Source: Thermodesulfobacteriota bacterium
Lineage (GTDB): Bacteria; Desulfobacterota; Desulfarculia; JACQYL01
Direction of reading: 5' to 3'
DNA length: 64,000 nt
Assembly: GCA_963675595.2 (NCBI GenBank)
Contig: CAXXLZ010000003.1
Location: 96,001-160,000 of the forward strand
Position numbers and translations under genes: made by a program. This document shows positions 8,728 to 19,183 of this stretch, piece after piece; position 1 is the first letter of the stretch; the number at the start of each line of letters is the position of its first letter. The notes under the pieces are model-generated. The model was not told where the DNA came from, did not search any database, and saw only the letters and a list, made by a program, of their open reading frames with translations.

Positions 8728-9687
8728 TCAGCGGACCAATCGGACAAAATCCATGCACAGCTCGCGTTCCTGCGCGAGCTTTGTCATGAATACTTGAAAT
8801 TCGGCGATATGGGCCATGTCCATGGTGCGATTCATCGGCGCCTGAGCGACTTGTTCGAGAGGGAAGACGAACTCGTTCCACCCGTGTTGCGCAACCACCG
8901 TTCTGTTGAATCGATCGTCATATTGGAGGCCCGTGGATTCATGCCGGCGGTCGTGAATCCGGCAAGTGAGGGTCGCGGGCGTGTCGGACGGATTCAATAT
9001 GCCGAATCGTAGTTCCTTATAGCCGCGCCAATCGCGTGGCAGATATCGTAGTCCGACTCCCGAGTAAAGCTCGGTGGTAAATCTGATCCTGCCCGAGCAT
9101 TTTCCGTGTTGCGCGTGGTCGCAATCGAGGGTGATCCTCTCGCTCCCCTCCCAGCGTGTCAGTTCGGCGGAAGTTTCAAAGTCCGCCAGAACAGGGAACC
9201 GACGGCTTGCGTGAAATTCGTCCGCCAACGCGCCGGCCAAGGGAGCCGCTTCGATCAGAACCAGCAGAGCCAGGCCCAAGTGAAGAACGGTCGGACGTGG
9301 AGCCGTGCCGCGCTCCATGAACCAATCGCGGATTGAAATCCCCACCAAGCAGCCGATGAGATTCTTTTCGATGTCCCCATAGTCGAAGGTGCGTCCCAGG
9401 TGGGACTGGATGAGTTCGATCAGCAGGCTTGCCGACGTGATACCCAGTACGAGGAGGGCGCTTCTGAGAAGCGATCCGCCCCGGGACGAGCTTTTCCAGC
9501 GCAGGGAGATCAACAATGAAATGACGGCGAAGCACGGAATGTGACCGAAGTTCCAAAATTCTCTTACGGACCGTTCCTGGAGTCCGTTCGATGGTACCAG
9601 GAACAACAGAACCAAGGTGACCCCAATAACGACGGCGAGTACGATATTCCCGGTGCCGAGCACACGGAGAAAGTGTCTTCTGTTCAT
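8728..9687 (-). CDS. VanZ-like membrane protein with C-terminal carbohydrate-binding-like domain
   Basis: WNFGHIPCF...IELIQSHLGRTFDYGDIEKNLIG VanZ pattern; soluble beta-rich C-terminus (PRDWRGY, GWNEF). Start placed at ATG 9687. Confidence 0.7.
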   Translation of the reverse strand: MNRRHFLRVLGTGNIVLAVVIGVTLVLLFLVPSNGLQERSVREFWNFGHIPCFAVISLLISLRWKSSSRGGSLLRSALLVLGITSASLLIELIQSHLGRTFDYGDIEKNLIGCLVGISIRDWFMERGTAPRPTVLHLGLALLVLIEAAPLAGALADEFHASRRFPVLADFETSAELTRWEGSERITLDCDHAQHGKCSGRIRFTTELYSGVGLRYLPRDWRGYKELRFGILNPSDTPATLTCRIHDRRHESTGLQYDDRFNRTVVAQHGWNEFVFPLEQVAQAPMNRTMDMAHIAEFQVFMTKLAQERELCMDFVRLVR

Positions 9688-9715
9688 GACCACCGCTGCA
9701 TGGATATGGAACCGA

Positions 9716-10873
9716 TCACCTATCCGACGGAGACCACAGGGTAATCCTGCGTCCCATGAGAAACAGGCACCATGCGTGCGCAATGGAGAGGTTGACCGTG
9801 AAGAAGTACGCGGCAAATCGGAACAATCCGATGGACCGCAGGGATTTCAAGCGCAACGCCAAGCCTGCGAAAGAATAGAAGACGATCTGGCAATAAAGCA
9901 GCAGACGATAGCCCATTGAGTCGGATGCGGACAAGACGGATAGGACCAGAATGAGAATCATACACAAGGGAACCAGCCATCTGAGCAGCTTATGGCACAG
10001 GTATTGGTAGGAAAACAGTCCATATTTATAGGGATTGAGAAACCCGAGGTTGTAGGAGAAAGCGGTCATGCCTCGTAGTACCGTTCGCACCTTGCGTTGA
10101 AACTCCTTCTTAGGATTTGCCAAGTCCGAATAGGAACCAATGGCCTCCGGATCGGTAACCGACCGGAGCCCAAGCTTCACACTGTTCAGCACCGTCCGGA
10201 AGTCGCTTGGAAGTTCCGTTGAAAAATCGGAACAGACTTCACTTCTTGCCGCGAAAAAAGACCCGCTCATGCCTACGAGGGAACCCACCCCGGATTCAAG
10301 TCTTCGGAGCCACATCTCATAGCGAACGTACAGGCCTTCTCCTCCAGTCGGCACACCGGAAGCATCCAGGATGCGGTCTTCGCTGCTCACGCATCCCACC
10401 GTCGAATCCGCAAAGTTCGAAACGATCCGCGCGAGTCCCCCCGGCTCGAGCATGGTGGCCGTGTCGGTGAATGCCAGGACCTTTCCCGAAGCGGACTCCA
10501 CGGCCGCCTTCTGGGCGGCTTCCTTCCCTCGTCTGAAGGGAAGGGCCAGGAGCCGTACATTATTTCGCGCGAATTCGGCGACAATGGCGTTGGTCTCGTC
10601 CGTGGATCCGTCGGAAGCGACGATCACTTCGAGTTTTTCAGTGGGATACTCCAACAGGAGCGTATTCTCCAGTTTGGTTCGAATCCGTTTCACTTCATTA
10701 TGCGCGGTAATGATCAAGGAGACGGGTGGAAAGAATGGAGCCCGTGCAACGTTTCGTTCTTGGAAACGCGAGAGCACGAGCAGGCTGAGCGGATACCCCA
10801 GGTAGGCGTGGAAGATCAGTGCGAAGGCCGCAACTGTCGGGATGTCGGAGACGGTGAATTGGAGCTGTGTCAT
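9716..10873 (-). CDS. Glycosyltransferase family 2 (membrane-anchored)
   Basis: SLIITAHNE, VASDGSTD, RRGKEAAQ, FTD; TM segments at both ends. Confidence 0.9.
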   Translation of the reverse strand: MTQLQFTVSDIPTVAAFALIFHAYLGYPLSLLVLSRFQERNVARAPFFPPVSLIITAHNEVKRIRTKLENTLLLEYPTEKLEVIVASDGSTDETNAIVAEFARNNVRLLALPFRRGKEAAQKAAVESASGKVLAFTDTATMLEPGGLARIVSNFADSTVGCVSSEDRILDASGVPTGGEGLYVRYEMWLRRLESGVGSLVGMSGSFFAARSEVCSDFSTELPSDFRTVLNSVKLGLRSVTDPEAIGSYSDLANPKKEFQRKVRTVLRGMTAFSYNLGFLNPYKYGLFSYQYLCHKLLRWLVPLCMILILVLSVLSASDSMGYRLLLYCQIVFYSFAGLALRLKSLRSIGLFRFAAYFFTVNLSIAHAWCLFLMGRRITLWSPSDR

Positions 10874-11562
10874 GATAGGCGGAGTACGGGTAACTGGAGA
10901 AGCGAACGTTGAATGGCCGAGTAGGACAGCCGAAATTCATTCGTGCCCCGACCAAAGGGATCGAGGATATTATATTTCAAAACGTGTCGATTCCCGGTTT
11001 CGGTGCGGGGCAGGAAGAGGGGCAGTAGAAATACCTTGTTTTTGTATGCGGGGTACCTTAAACGAAGCGTTCGGAAATGACTCGCGTCCATGGCGAACAC
11101 GATGTCCGCATCTTCCATCATGCCCGCGGTGGTTCTGGTGGACCTGTGCTCTTTGAGGTCAACGCCGAATTCTCCTGCGGCAATGACGGCGTTTTCCGGA
11201 CAAAGACCCCCTTCTTGGGCCTCTGTTCCCGCGGAAAGAATTGACAGGTTTTCACGATGGCTTCCAATCATTTCGATCGCGAGTTTCTCGGCAAAAGGGC
11301 TTCTACAGATGTTTCCCTTACAGACAAAGAGAAGAGAAGACGGGTCGGCAGGCAGGGTGGGGTTTTGTAGGCTCGCTCCGTACAAGCACCAGAAAAGGTC
11401 TTTTAGTTGAGCCTTGACACGAGTCTTTGCCGAGCGAAGGAAGGAATCGTCCGTCGGTTTGACGGATCTCCAAAGAACGGCGTCCTTGTCATGTGGAAGC
11501 ATAAAGCTCACCGTAGGCTTCCGCCATCCGTCTTGTGGAGAAGCTGTCTCGGATTCGCTCAC
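10870..11562 (-). CDS. Low molecular weight protein-tyrosine phosphatase (Wzb/EpsP-like)
   Basis: P-loop FVCKGNICRSP and ILDPFG. Confidence 0.9.
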   Translation of the reverse strand: MSESETASPQDGWRKPTVSFMLPHDKDAVLWRSVKPTDDSFLRSAKTRVKAQLKDLFWCLYGASLQNPTLPADPSSLLFVCKGNICRSPFAEKLAIEMIGSHRENLSILSAGTEAQEGGLCPENAVIAAGEFGVDLKEHRSTRTTAGMMEDADIVFAMDASHFRTLRLRYPAYKNKVFLLPLFLPRTETGNRHVLKYNILDPFGRGTNEFRLSYSAIQRSLLQLPVLRLS

Positions 11563-12664
11563 GGGCCGAAAGAGACATGCTTTGCCGCAGGTCAGGGTTA
11601 CGAATCAGTCGCAAGCACGCGACGGCAAAGGCTTCCGGGTTTCTGTCTTGAACCAGAAACCCGTCGACACCGTCCCGGACCACCTCGGGAATGCCGCCGA
11701 CGGCGGGAGCCACCACGGGAACTCCGGCGTTCATAGCTTCCAGGATGCTCATGGGAATGCCTTCGTGTACCGAGGTATTCAAGAACACGGACAGCCCATT
11801 GTAGAAGGAAGTCATCTCGTCCAACTGACCGGGCAACTCAAAGACATCATCAAGTTCGTACCGGTGAATCGAATGAAGAATGCGTGGTCGTTCTGGTCCG
11901 TCCCCGGGAAGGACGAAGCGGATCGGTGTGCACTCCTTGGCAAGCAAATGAGCAACCTCCACCATTAGCAGGTAATCCTTGACCGGGAATAACCGTCCGC
12001 AGGAACCGATCGTGGGAGTCCCATCGGATCCAATATCCAAGAACTCCTCCGCAAGCGCAATGCCGTTGTGAATGACTCGCACCCTTCCATTCGGGAATCC
12101 ATGATCGGTGGTAAGGCGATCCTTGATATCGCGGGAAACAGCCACGGTGGACTGAAAGCGATGGCGAAGCAGTCTGAAATTGGCAAACCTGATCAAACGG
12201 GATCGAAGCGAGCGCCCGTCGTGGGATTCCGGCATTCCGTGTTGCGTGGCAACCAAACGGCAAGTCACTTTCCGAGGAATAGCGAGATAAGCAAGGAAAT
12301 TTTCCTTGTACCGATGGGAATGTACAATGTCCGGCCTCCATTGGCAGAGAACCTTCCGAGTTCGGCGAACCAAGGATGGAAAAAGAACCCCGCACTCGGG
12401 AATAAGCTCAACGGGAACTCCTTCGGGCTTCAATTCCTGCGCGAGACGGCCGGGATTCAACAGCAGTACACGGAGATCAATATCGCCCCGACGCGCCGAT
12501 TCCCTGATAAGCTGGAAGGCCATGACTTCGGCGCCGGCCCAAAGATCGCCGGAGAGGATGTGACAGACACGGATGGGCTTCAATAAGGACGGCTCAGAGA
12601 GCGTCGGCGATTCTGCATATATTCTGCGCCGCGGCGGGTGAGAGGTTTTGATGCATGCCCACAC
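11489..12664 (-). CDS. Glycosyltransferase family 4
   Basis: LWAGAE, IHNGI, GRLFPVK, TSVHEGIPMSILEAM (ExxxxxxxE). Confidence 0.9.
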   Translation of the reverse strand: MWACIKTSHPPRRRIYAESPTLSEPSLLKPIRVCHILSGDLWAGAEVMAFQLIRESARRGDIDLRVLLLNPGRLAQELKPEGVPVELIPECGVLFPSLVRRTRKVLCQWRPDIVHSHRYKENFLAYLAIPRKVTCRLVATQHGMPESHDGRSLRSRLIRFANFRLLRHRFQSTVAVSRDIKDRLTTDHGFPNGRVRVIHNGIALAEEFLDIGSDGTPTIGSCGRLFPVKDYLLMVEVAHLLAKECTPIRFVLPGDGPERPRILHSIHRYELDDVFELPGQLDEMTSFYNGLSVFLNTSVHEGIPMSILEAMNAGVPVVAPAVGGIPEVVRDGVDGFLVQDRNPEAFAVACLRLIRNPDLRQSMSLSARERIRDSFSTRRMAEAYGELYAST

Positions 12665-12788
12665 ATTCTATCGTGAACATATCCGGTTTCAAAAAATAAA
12701 CACCAGTGCATAAATATTCAAATAACAACTGGTTTACACAGCGAATTTGGCCATCTACATTGCCTTAGCAATCGTTGGTCTCGATCAT

Positions 12789-13904
12789 TCACTGCCCTCT
12801 CAGGACACGAAGGTTCTGGGGCTTTTCAAGCTTGTCATAGGCGCTCGTACCAATCATGGGATTTCCGAACGAATCTTTTCCGGTAGGTGTCTCATTGGTG
12901 ATTAAAACATCATCAATGAAAAGAGATTGCTCTTGAATGGTGCCTCCATTCCAGTAGCTCATGAGATACGTCCCCGACGCAGTGTCGTCGTGCGATGTTA
13001 GGGTGGGCGTCTCTGAGTCCTCGATTACCAATGCCTCATTCTTCCATATACGAATTATGCCTTTATTCGAGGAAAAGCGCACGTATATCTCCAGCGATAT
13101 CCATTGATCGGGTTCAAGTTGGAATTCAGTTGCGCGTTCTGCTTTGCCAACTTCATTCGAAAGCATAATAAATCCGTTTTTTTCGGACAAGATTGAAATC
13201 CAACCGAGATGATTACCTGTTGCGGATAGCACACGCGCAATGCGAAAAAGCTTAACCCTCGGCGCGCATTCCCAGGTCCAAGGAGACTGAAAGAAGAAGA
13301 AAGCTCGACCCCAGACTTCATCACCTTCGTGTAGCTTGCGGTTTATGCCGTCAAAACTCCAGTTTGAATACGCTCTGCATACTCCAAAGCCGTTTGTCCC
13401 ATGACTTAAACTGACGGCTGGACCTTCATCCTCCGCTACAGGAAGGCCATAACCGGCGTGTATCCAAATCGTGTTTGCGCTAGAATCAGCTTTGTGTGAA
13501 GTGACAAAGACACCATCGTTGTGGCGAGAACCATGGACGAGCAATTGAGTGCTTCGAGGCAAGCCCTCCAGTCCCCCTGAACTGTCTATTATCGCATTGT
13601 TCTCACGGCTGAAACTGATCATTTTGCTAGTGTGCGACCAGATAGGATACGGATAAGTCATTTTGATGGATTTCGTTCCGTTATGAGCCATTGAACTTGT
13701 CACTAGGGTTAAACCTCCCGCATCTGAGAAACCCGCTGACGCGACCGGCTTTTGGCCTACTTCCAGTTCTTCAGAATTAACTTCAAAAGTCCATGCAAAA
13801 CATGGTGGATAAAACAACCCTCCTAAATGGAAAACCAAAAACGTAAACCAAAGGATGCCGCAAATTTTTAAAGAACTGTTAAACTTAATTAATCGTTCAA
13901 GCAT
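12789..13904 (-). CDS. Secreted polysaccharide-lyase/LamG-like beta-sandwich protein
   Basis: Signal peptide ending CFA-W; GDEVWGRAFFFF, VKLFR, WISLEIYVRF...IRIWKN, SYWNGG...FIDDV; C-terminal KPQNLRV tail. Confidence 0.55.
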   Translation of the reverse strand: MLERLIKFNSSLKICGILWFTFLVFHLGGLFYPPCFAWTFEVNSEELEVGQKPVASAGFSDAGGLTLVTSSMAHNGTKSIKMTYPYPIWSHTSKMISFSRENNAIIDSSGGLEGLPRSTQLLVHGSRHNDGVFVTSHKADSSANTIWIHAGYGLPVAEDEGPAVSLSHGTNGFGVCRAYSNWSFDGINRKLHEGDEVWGRAFFFFQSPWTWECAPRVKLFRIARVLSATGNHLGWISILSEKNGFIMLSNEVGKAERATEFQLEPDQWISLEIYVRFSSNKGIIRIWKNEALVIEDSETPTLTSHDDTASGTYLMSYWNGGTIQEQSLFIDDVLITNETPTGKDSFGNPMIGTSAYDKLEKPQNLRVLRGQ

Positions 13905-13914
13905 TGTATTGTCC

Positions 13915-14883
13915 TCATTTTCTTTGAGGAATTACCTCGAAGATGCTAAGAAAGCGGGCGAAAAAGTAAAGAAAATACAACCCGATTCCAATCAAAATGC
14001 TTCTTGAGTTTAGTTTGAACCGATTTAATGCAGCTGCTAAGCATATGCAAATGGATAGAATCAACCATAATGTTATAGGAATGTACTCCCCAATAAATGT
14101 GGGCAACAAACTTAGCGGGAGACCAAAATATATGATGAAACTGGCGAGAGATACCTTGGATTTGATGAAATACTTCAAGCATTGCAAATCGCCGGTTCCA
14201 TGCCACTTTTCCCTATGGATAAATGCGGCAATCGTTTTAGGAAAACCCAAATGGTAGGCAATCAATTCAGGATTTGAAGCAATGACTCCACTGTTTTCAA
14301 CTGCTCTTAAACAGAATTCTACGTCTTCTCCCGTTCGTAGGGTTTCGTCAAAACCGCCGATCTGGGAGAAGAATCTTTCACCCACGATGAGATGACCGGA
14401 ATTGATATATTGTTTGTTTTGTCGCAGTTTGGAAGGATCAAACCAGAGTCTCTCCAACGCGGAAGGATGGGTTGGTATGTTGCACATGGATCCGGAAACC
14501 AATTCGCCGATTTCTAATATCTGACGATATACACATAAAAATTCTGATCCCCACCTTCCATTCAAGCATATGTCACCGTCCAGGAAGACTAAGACCTTTC
14601 CATTTGCACGCCTAGCGCCAAGGTTTCGTAGGGCACCGATCGTTATTTTCGGACACATAATTACCATATCAACACCTGAGGACTCTGCAATTTCTACCGT
14701 ATTGTCTCGGGAACCATTATCTACCAGGATGATTTCATATGACAAGCTTCCATCCATGGTTACATGGATGGAAGAGATAAGTCGTGCTATGTTGTCTGCT
14801 TCGTCCAAGGTAGGTATAATGAAGCTCACGTCGCACACGATGGACAACGGTAAATCTCCTTTGCCAAGGTAAAATCGGACCAT
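13915..14883 (-). CDS. Glycosyltransferase family 2
   Basis: SFIIPTLDE, VDNGSRD, FLDGD, GGFDETLRTGED. Confidence 0.9.
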   Translation of the reverse strand: MVRFYLGKGDLPLSIVCDVSFIIPTLDEADNIARLISSIHVTMDGSLSYEIILVDNGSRDNTVEIAESSGVDMVIMCPKITIGALRNLGARRANGKVLVFLDGDICLNGRWGSEFLCVYRQILEIGELVSGSMCNIPTHPSALERLWFDPSKLRQNKQYINSGHLIVGERFFSQIGGFDETLRTGEDVEFCLRAVENSGVIASNPELIAYHLGFPKTIAAFIHREKWHGTGDLQCLKYFIKSKVSLASFIIYFGLPLSLLPTFIGEYIPITLWLILSICICLAAALNRFKLNSRSILIGIGLYFLYFFARFLSIFEVIPQRK

Positions 14884-14897
14884 AAATGCAAGGTTTT

Positions 14898-16001
14898 TTA
14901 CCTAAAAGCTTCAATATAGGATGCTTCATAACAGTTAAGCATACGCTTTAGACTATACTCCTTGGTTACTTCATCGTACGCGTTCCTTACAAGGCTATGC
15001 ATGAGTGTTGAATCATTGAGATAAGTCTTTATTGCACTGTACAAGCCTGACTCGGAACACTCAGTCACTATGCCGCTATAGCCGTGCGATAATATCTCTT
15101 CAGGTCCCCCACTGCGTGTTACTATGACCGGTATGCGGCAGGCCATGGCCTCAATGGTGGACATTGAGAATCCTTCAGATAGCGAAGTGATTACAAAGAT
15201 GTCCAGATTGTTCAGAAACTCTGCTGCGTTCTGCATGAAACCGAGGAAATGGAACGCATGTTCAAGGTTGAGTTGTTTTCGAAGTCGCAGCAAGGACTCA
15301 TAAAGTGTATCTGAACCCTGCCCCGCAATAACGAACCTAGTGTCTGGAAACTTATCATGCACGAGACGGGCGACCTTTAGGAACAAGTCGTACGACTTGG
15401 CCGGTCGGATGTTTCCCAATGCGCCGATGAGCATATGATCCGGGCCGATGCCCAGTCTTCGCCTGATGCTTTCGTCTTTTTTAGGTCGAAAAACTGAGAT
15501 ATCAATCCCGTTGTGGATAGTGACTGCCTTCTGGGGGGAAATCCCGTGAGTATGTAAGTAATGGGTGCTAAGCTTGTTCGACACAAACACGATCTTTTGG
15601 GAGCCCATGTTGAGAAGGCGACACTTGATTCGCATGAGCCGTTCGGTTTCGCTGGTGTCCACGAATCCGTGGAATGTGGAGACCACCGGGACTCGGCAGA
15701 TCAAACCGGCCAGCGAGCAATAAAGGTTCGAACCCAGAAGATGGGACTGGACGAGGTTGATGCCATGCTCCCGGATGATGTTCACCAAACCTAACAAATA
15801 ACGGAGATTGAAGCTCCCTTTGCAGGGAATCAAGATGGGGTCGATTCCGTGCTTTCGAAGGGTATCGTAAACCCACCCGAAACCGGTGATTGCGGCGAAG
15901 GAACGAAAACGTCGGACATCGAGGCCCTTCGCCAAATTAATGAAAACCGTCTCGGCGCCACCCGGTCCCGTGGTATCGATAGTGTGGAGAATTCGAATCA
16001 T
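14898..16001 (-). CDS. Glycosyltransferase family 4
   Basis: GPGGAE, IHNGID, TSLSEGFSMSTIEAM; start at ATG 16001 gives ATGA overlap with upstream stop. Confidence 0.9.
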   Translation of the reverse strand: MIRILHTIDTTGPGGAETVFINLAKGLDVRRFRSFAAITGFGWVYDTLRKHGIDPILIPCKGSFNLRYLLGLVNIIREHGINLVQSHLLGSNLYCSLAGLICRVPVVSTFHGFVDTSETERLMRIKCRLLNMGSQKIVFVSNKLSTHYLHTHGISPQKAVTIHNGIDISVFRPKKDESIRRRLGIGPDHMLIGALGNIRPAKSYDLFLKVARLVHDKFPDTRFVIAGQGSDTLYESLLRLRKQLNLEHAFHFLGFMQNAAEFLNNLDIFVITSLSEGFSMSTIEAMACRIPVIVTRSGGPEEILSHGYSGIVTECSESGLYSAIKTYLNDSTLMHSLVRNAYDEVTKEYSLKRMLNCYEASYIEAFR

Positions 16002-17215
16002 CGTTCGTTCGTGATGAGCTGCGTCAGGTAGGTTCCCGCCTCGCACAAGAAGGGTCGAAGATCGTTCGGCTTGAAAACATCAAATGAGGTATCCTTTTCT
16101 CGAATCCTGAGAAAGTCCCGAAGAGCACGGGACCGTGCCCCAGGGAGGGTTTCGGAAAGAGTGCGGGAATTCGGGCTCCCGTTCTTCAACAGGATCAGCA
16201 GATGATCCAGGGTACCGAAAAACCACTTCAGTTTGCGCCCGATCGGGTAGTCACGGATGACTCGTGGGAAGGATCTTCCCTGCAGATAATCCAGCAGAAG
16301 GGCCGGAAAGTCGATACCGCAGGCAATGGCCAGCTCCAGCGTTCCCCAGAACCGCCCGTTGATTTCCATCAACTTGGCTTTGCCGTCCCGTAGATCTCGT
16401 TTGAACTCCACCATGGCCACACCTTCCCACCCGACTGCGGAAAGGAGCCTGTCCGCCGACTCGATCATTTCATCGTCGAGTGGGGCGCTTTCGGACACCA
16501 CGCTGACGCCCCCTGAGGGAGGTTTCTCGCGCAAGCGACGATGGGAAAAGAGCGCCAAATGATGATCTTTGTCGTAGAGCGTGAAAAGTCCGGTCCCCGG
16601 ACCGACGATTTTCTCCTGAATCATGGATGGGTATCGGAGAACAGGGCTGGTCTCATAGAGGTGACTCAATTCATTTCGTGAATGGGCGTAGTTCACGCCG
16701 CCATGGAGAAACCGGCCCTTTTCGAAGATTCTTGACAAGAAAGGTTTGACCACAACGGGGTACCGCAAGATGCCGTCAATCACGAAGGGGAGATCTTCCG
16801 GTCCATCCAAGAAAAACGTGTCCGGAATAGGAACTCCGAGCTTTTCCGCCAAGCGAAAAAGAGCAACCTTGTTGGAAACCAAGGCCATCTTGTCCGCGGG
16901 GACGCAGGCCGGAATCGCCCACGGAGGTAAATCCTCGCGCATCCGGTTCAGGATGTGAATGGAAACTTCGGAAGTGGGAATGATCACATCGACCCGTTCC
17001 TTGACGAGAATCTCCCTAATGGCGGCGGCATATTGGGCTCCGGAGGAAGAAGGGTCCGGAACCGAAAAGCATTTTCGGCAGAATCTCGAACAAGAGGAGA
17101 GGCAATGCCTCTGCTTTCCGGTGACCAGCACCACGAAACCTTTTTGGGCCAAAGAGCGGGTCACGGCCAATGATGACCGGTTTTCACCGTCGGTAACCAA
17201 CACATGGATGGGCAC
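15998..17215 (-). CDS. ATP-grasp domain protein (EPS-modifying carboxylate-amine ligase-like)
   Basis: VLVTDG..RSSLAVTRSL, YPVVVKP, IQEKI, AMVEFK, LMEINGRFWG; GTG start at 17215 preferred. Confidence 0.85.
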   Translation of the reverse strand: MPIHVLVTDGENRSSLAVTRSLAQKGFVVLVTGKQRHCLSSCSRFCRKCFSVPDPSSSGAQYAAAIREILVKERVDVIIPTSEVSIHILNRMREDLPPWAIPACVPADKMALVSNKVALFRLAEKLGVPIPDTFFLDGPEDLPFVIDGILRYPVVVKPFLSRIFEKGRFLHGGVNYAHSRNELSHLYETSPVLRYPSMIQEKIVGPGTGLFTLYDKDHHLALFSHRRLREKPPSGGVSVVSESAPLDDEMIESADRLLSAVGWEGVAMVEFKRDLRDGKAKLMEINGRFWGTLELAIACGIDFPALLLDYLQGRSFPRVIRDYPIGRKLKWFFGTLDHLLILLKNGSPNSRTLSETLPGARSRALRDFLRIREKDTSFDVFKPNDLRPFLCEAGTYLTQLITNER

Positions 17216-17216
17216 G

Positions 17217-18230
17217 CTAAAGCCTGTCCAAGAGAATTCTTGCGAAGAACATGGGAACCGTGCGGCTGACATCCTCATGCATGCCGATGCGCGGGATTTT
17301 GTATTTGTTGACGCGTCCGTTGAACCAGGCTTTTCGGGTGGTGACCGCGGCTTTGAATCCGTTACGCTTAAGCACGGGACCTATGCCGCCCGCGAGATTT
17401 CCGTTGGGATAGGCAAACATGGTGGGTGATACGCCCAAGCGCTGCTCGATTTCGCGACGAGAAAGCGCCACTTCCTTATTGGCCTCTTCGAGGGAAACCT
17501 GGTCGAGGAATACGTGTTCATGCGAATGCGAGCCGACGCGGACCAAACCGGAGGAAACCATCTCTTTGATCTCATTCCAGTTCATCATCATCCGACGGTT
17601 GAAACTGATTCCACATCGGCTCCGAAGCCGTATGAGAAACTCTCTCCGTTCTTCAGGCGAATAAGCCTTCAGGGTTGTAATGACCTGATCCAACTGCTTG
17701 TCCGAGAGCGACGATCTCAATATATGAGAAGGAAGAATCTTCAAAATGGCACTGAAATTTGCCAACTGAGAAAATTCCATATGTTTCAGATGGTAGGCGA
17801 CTTCGTCAGGCCAGAATAGCCGATCAGTGCCGATAAAACCGGTGGCAAGAAAGATGGTGGCGGGCATCTCGAATTGTTGAAGCATTGGATATGCAAGGAA
17901 ATAGTTGTCAACCCAGCCATCATCAAATGTGATGGCGCAACAGCCGCTGATGGATGATTTTGTTTCAATCCTTGCGACCAAATCCTGTAGAGGTAATACT
18001 TGGAAGTGCCTCTTGAGAAAAGAAAGATGGAGCCTGAATGTGAAAGGTGAAACGTACATGCCGGGCTGAACAAAAAAACCTTCAGAATCAGGTGATTGCA
18101 CGATACGGTGATAGTTCAATAAAAAGGCACGTTGTTGTCGTTTGTAGGCACAGATACCCCGAAATATACTTAAGTTATACAATAAGCAACTGATAAAGCT
18201 CCTAGCTATAAGCGGAACCAAATACCGCAC
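17217..18230 (-). CDS. Polysaccharide deacetylase (CE4)
   Basis: LNYHRI, ITFDDGW, GSHSHEH, FAYPNG. Confidence 0.9.
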   Translation of the reverse strand: MRYLVPLIARSFISCLLYNLSIFRGICAYKRQQRAFLLNYHRIVQSPDSEGFFVQPGMYVSPFTFRLHLSFLKRHFQVLPLQDLVARIETKSSISGCCAITFDDGWVDNYFLAYPMLQQFEMPATIFLATGFIGTDRLFWPDEVAYHLKHMEFSQLANFSAILKILPSHILRSSLSDKQLDQVITTLKAYSPEERREFLIRLRSRCGISFNRRMMMNWNEIKEMVSSGLVRVGSHSHEHVFLDQVSLEEANKEVALSRREIEQRLGVSPTMFAYPNGNLAGGIGPVLKRNGFKAAVTTRKAWFNGRVNKYKIPRIGMHEDVSRTVPMFFARILLDRL

Positions 18231-18269
18231 CCCTCGGCATACTAAGATTAAAATAAATGAAAAACAATG

Positions 18270-19121
18270 TTAACAACGAATAATTTTATACCCAAGTTCT
18301 GTCAGTTTTGACATAGCAATACTATTTATAATTTCAATATCCGATGATGATAAGCAATGAATGCTATATTCATTAAGATTCCTAATTGGTTCATTGCGCT
18401 CATGAACGGCAAAAGTTATATTTGACCAATTATTTGGAAATCGTTCTATTCCTATAAAGTCTGTAATTTGATTAAGTATAAAACTGGTGTTTTCAGTAAC
18501 GTCCTCGTATTTTATGGAAATAAACCGATCTAAGTATTTGCTGTCATCAGCAACAATTTCAATGTGCCTAACCCACTGCTTGGCGCAAAATTCAATGGGC
18601 CAGCCTTCTATAAGGTGCAAGGGGTTTCCCTTTCTACGAATTCCTTCGGCTACGGCGTATCCGTTCCTGACAATTTCAATGAAGTAGGAGTTCTTGAAGT
18701 GCTCCTGGAGCCACCTCATTCGAACACTATTTGGAGGTGATTTTTCAACAAAGATTTTCTTTTTTAAATCAAGCCTAATTCCCCATTCCTTCTTGATTCT
18801 ATCGGCGTTCGGCCCCTTGTCTTTTTCGGTCAGTCGGAATCGTTCCTCTGCTAGCATCCACATTCTTGGAACGCCTATTTCGAAGTCCTTGACGAATTGA
18901 TTCGTCAGAAAATGACCTTCGGTCGGTAACGCTGAGATTTCATGGTGGAGGGACAACAAATTCGATAGTAAAGTGGTCCCTGAGTTGTAGCAACCTACAA
19001 TAAATATCCATTTATCCGGCTTGGGAACACTGGCTAGGAATATCTTGATTTCCCGATGAAAATTGCCTAGACATTCTCTGACAAAGGTCATAAAATGACG
19101 TGATTTATTTTCAGTTAGCAT
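18270..19121 (-). CDS. Sulfotransferase
   Basis: PAPS-binding-like IVGCYNSGTTLL, VEKSP, IVRNG, IKYEDV. Confidence 0.85.
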   Translation of the reverse strand: MLTENKSRHFMTFVRECLGNFHREIKIFLASVPKPDKWIFIVGCYNSGTTLLSNLLSLHHEISALPTEGHFLTNQFVKDFEIGVPRMWMLAEERFRLTEKDKGPNADRIKKEWGIRLDLKKKIFVEKSPPNSVRMRWLQEHFKNSYFIEIVRNGYAVAEGIRRKGNPLHLIEGWPIEFCAKQWVRHIEIVADDSKYLDRFISIKYEDVTENTSFILNQITDFIGIERFPNNWSNITFAVHERNEPIRNLNEYSIHCLSSSDIEIINSIAMSKLTELGYKIIRC

Positions 19122-19183
19122 GTCCTTAAATATAGAAGCCCCAAGAAAAGATGATGATTATCGGGCTATTCGATATGGGTTTG

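Noticed and set aside
12747-12764. tggccatctacattgc as a sigma-54 promoter
   Set aside because: GG-GC spacing is 11 rather than 10, and it points against the operon.
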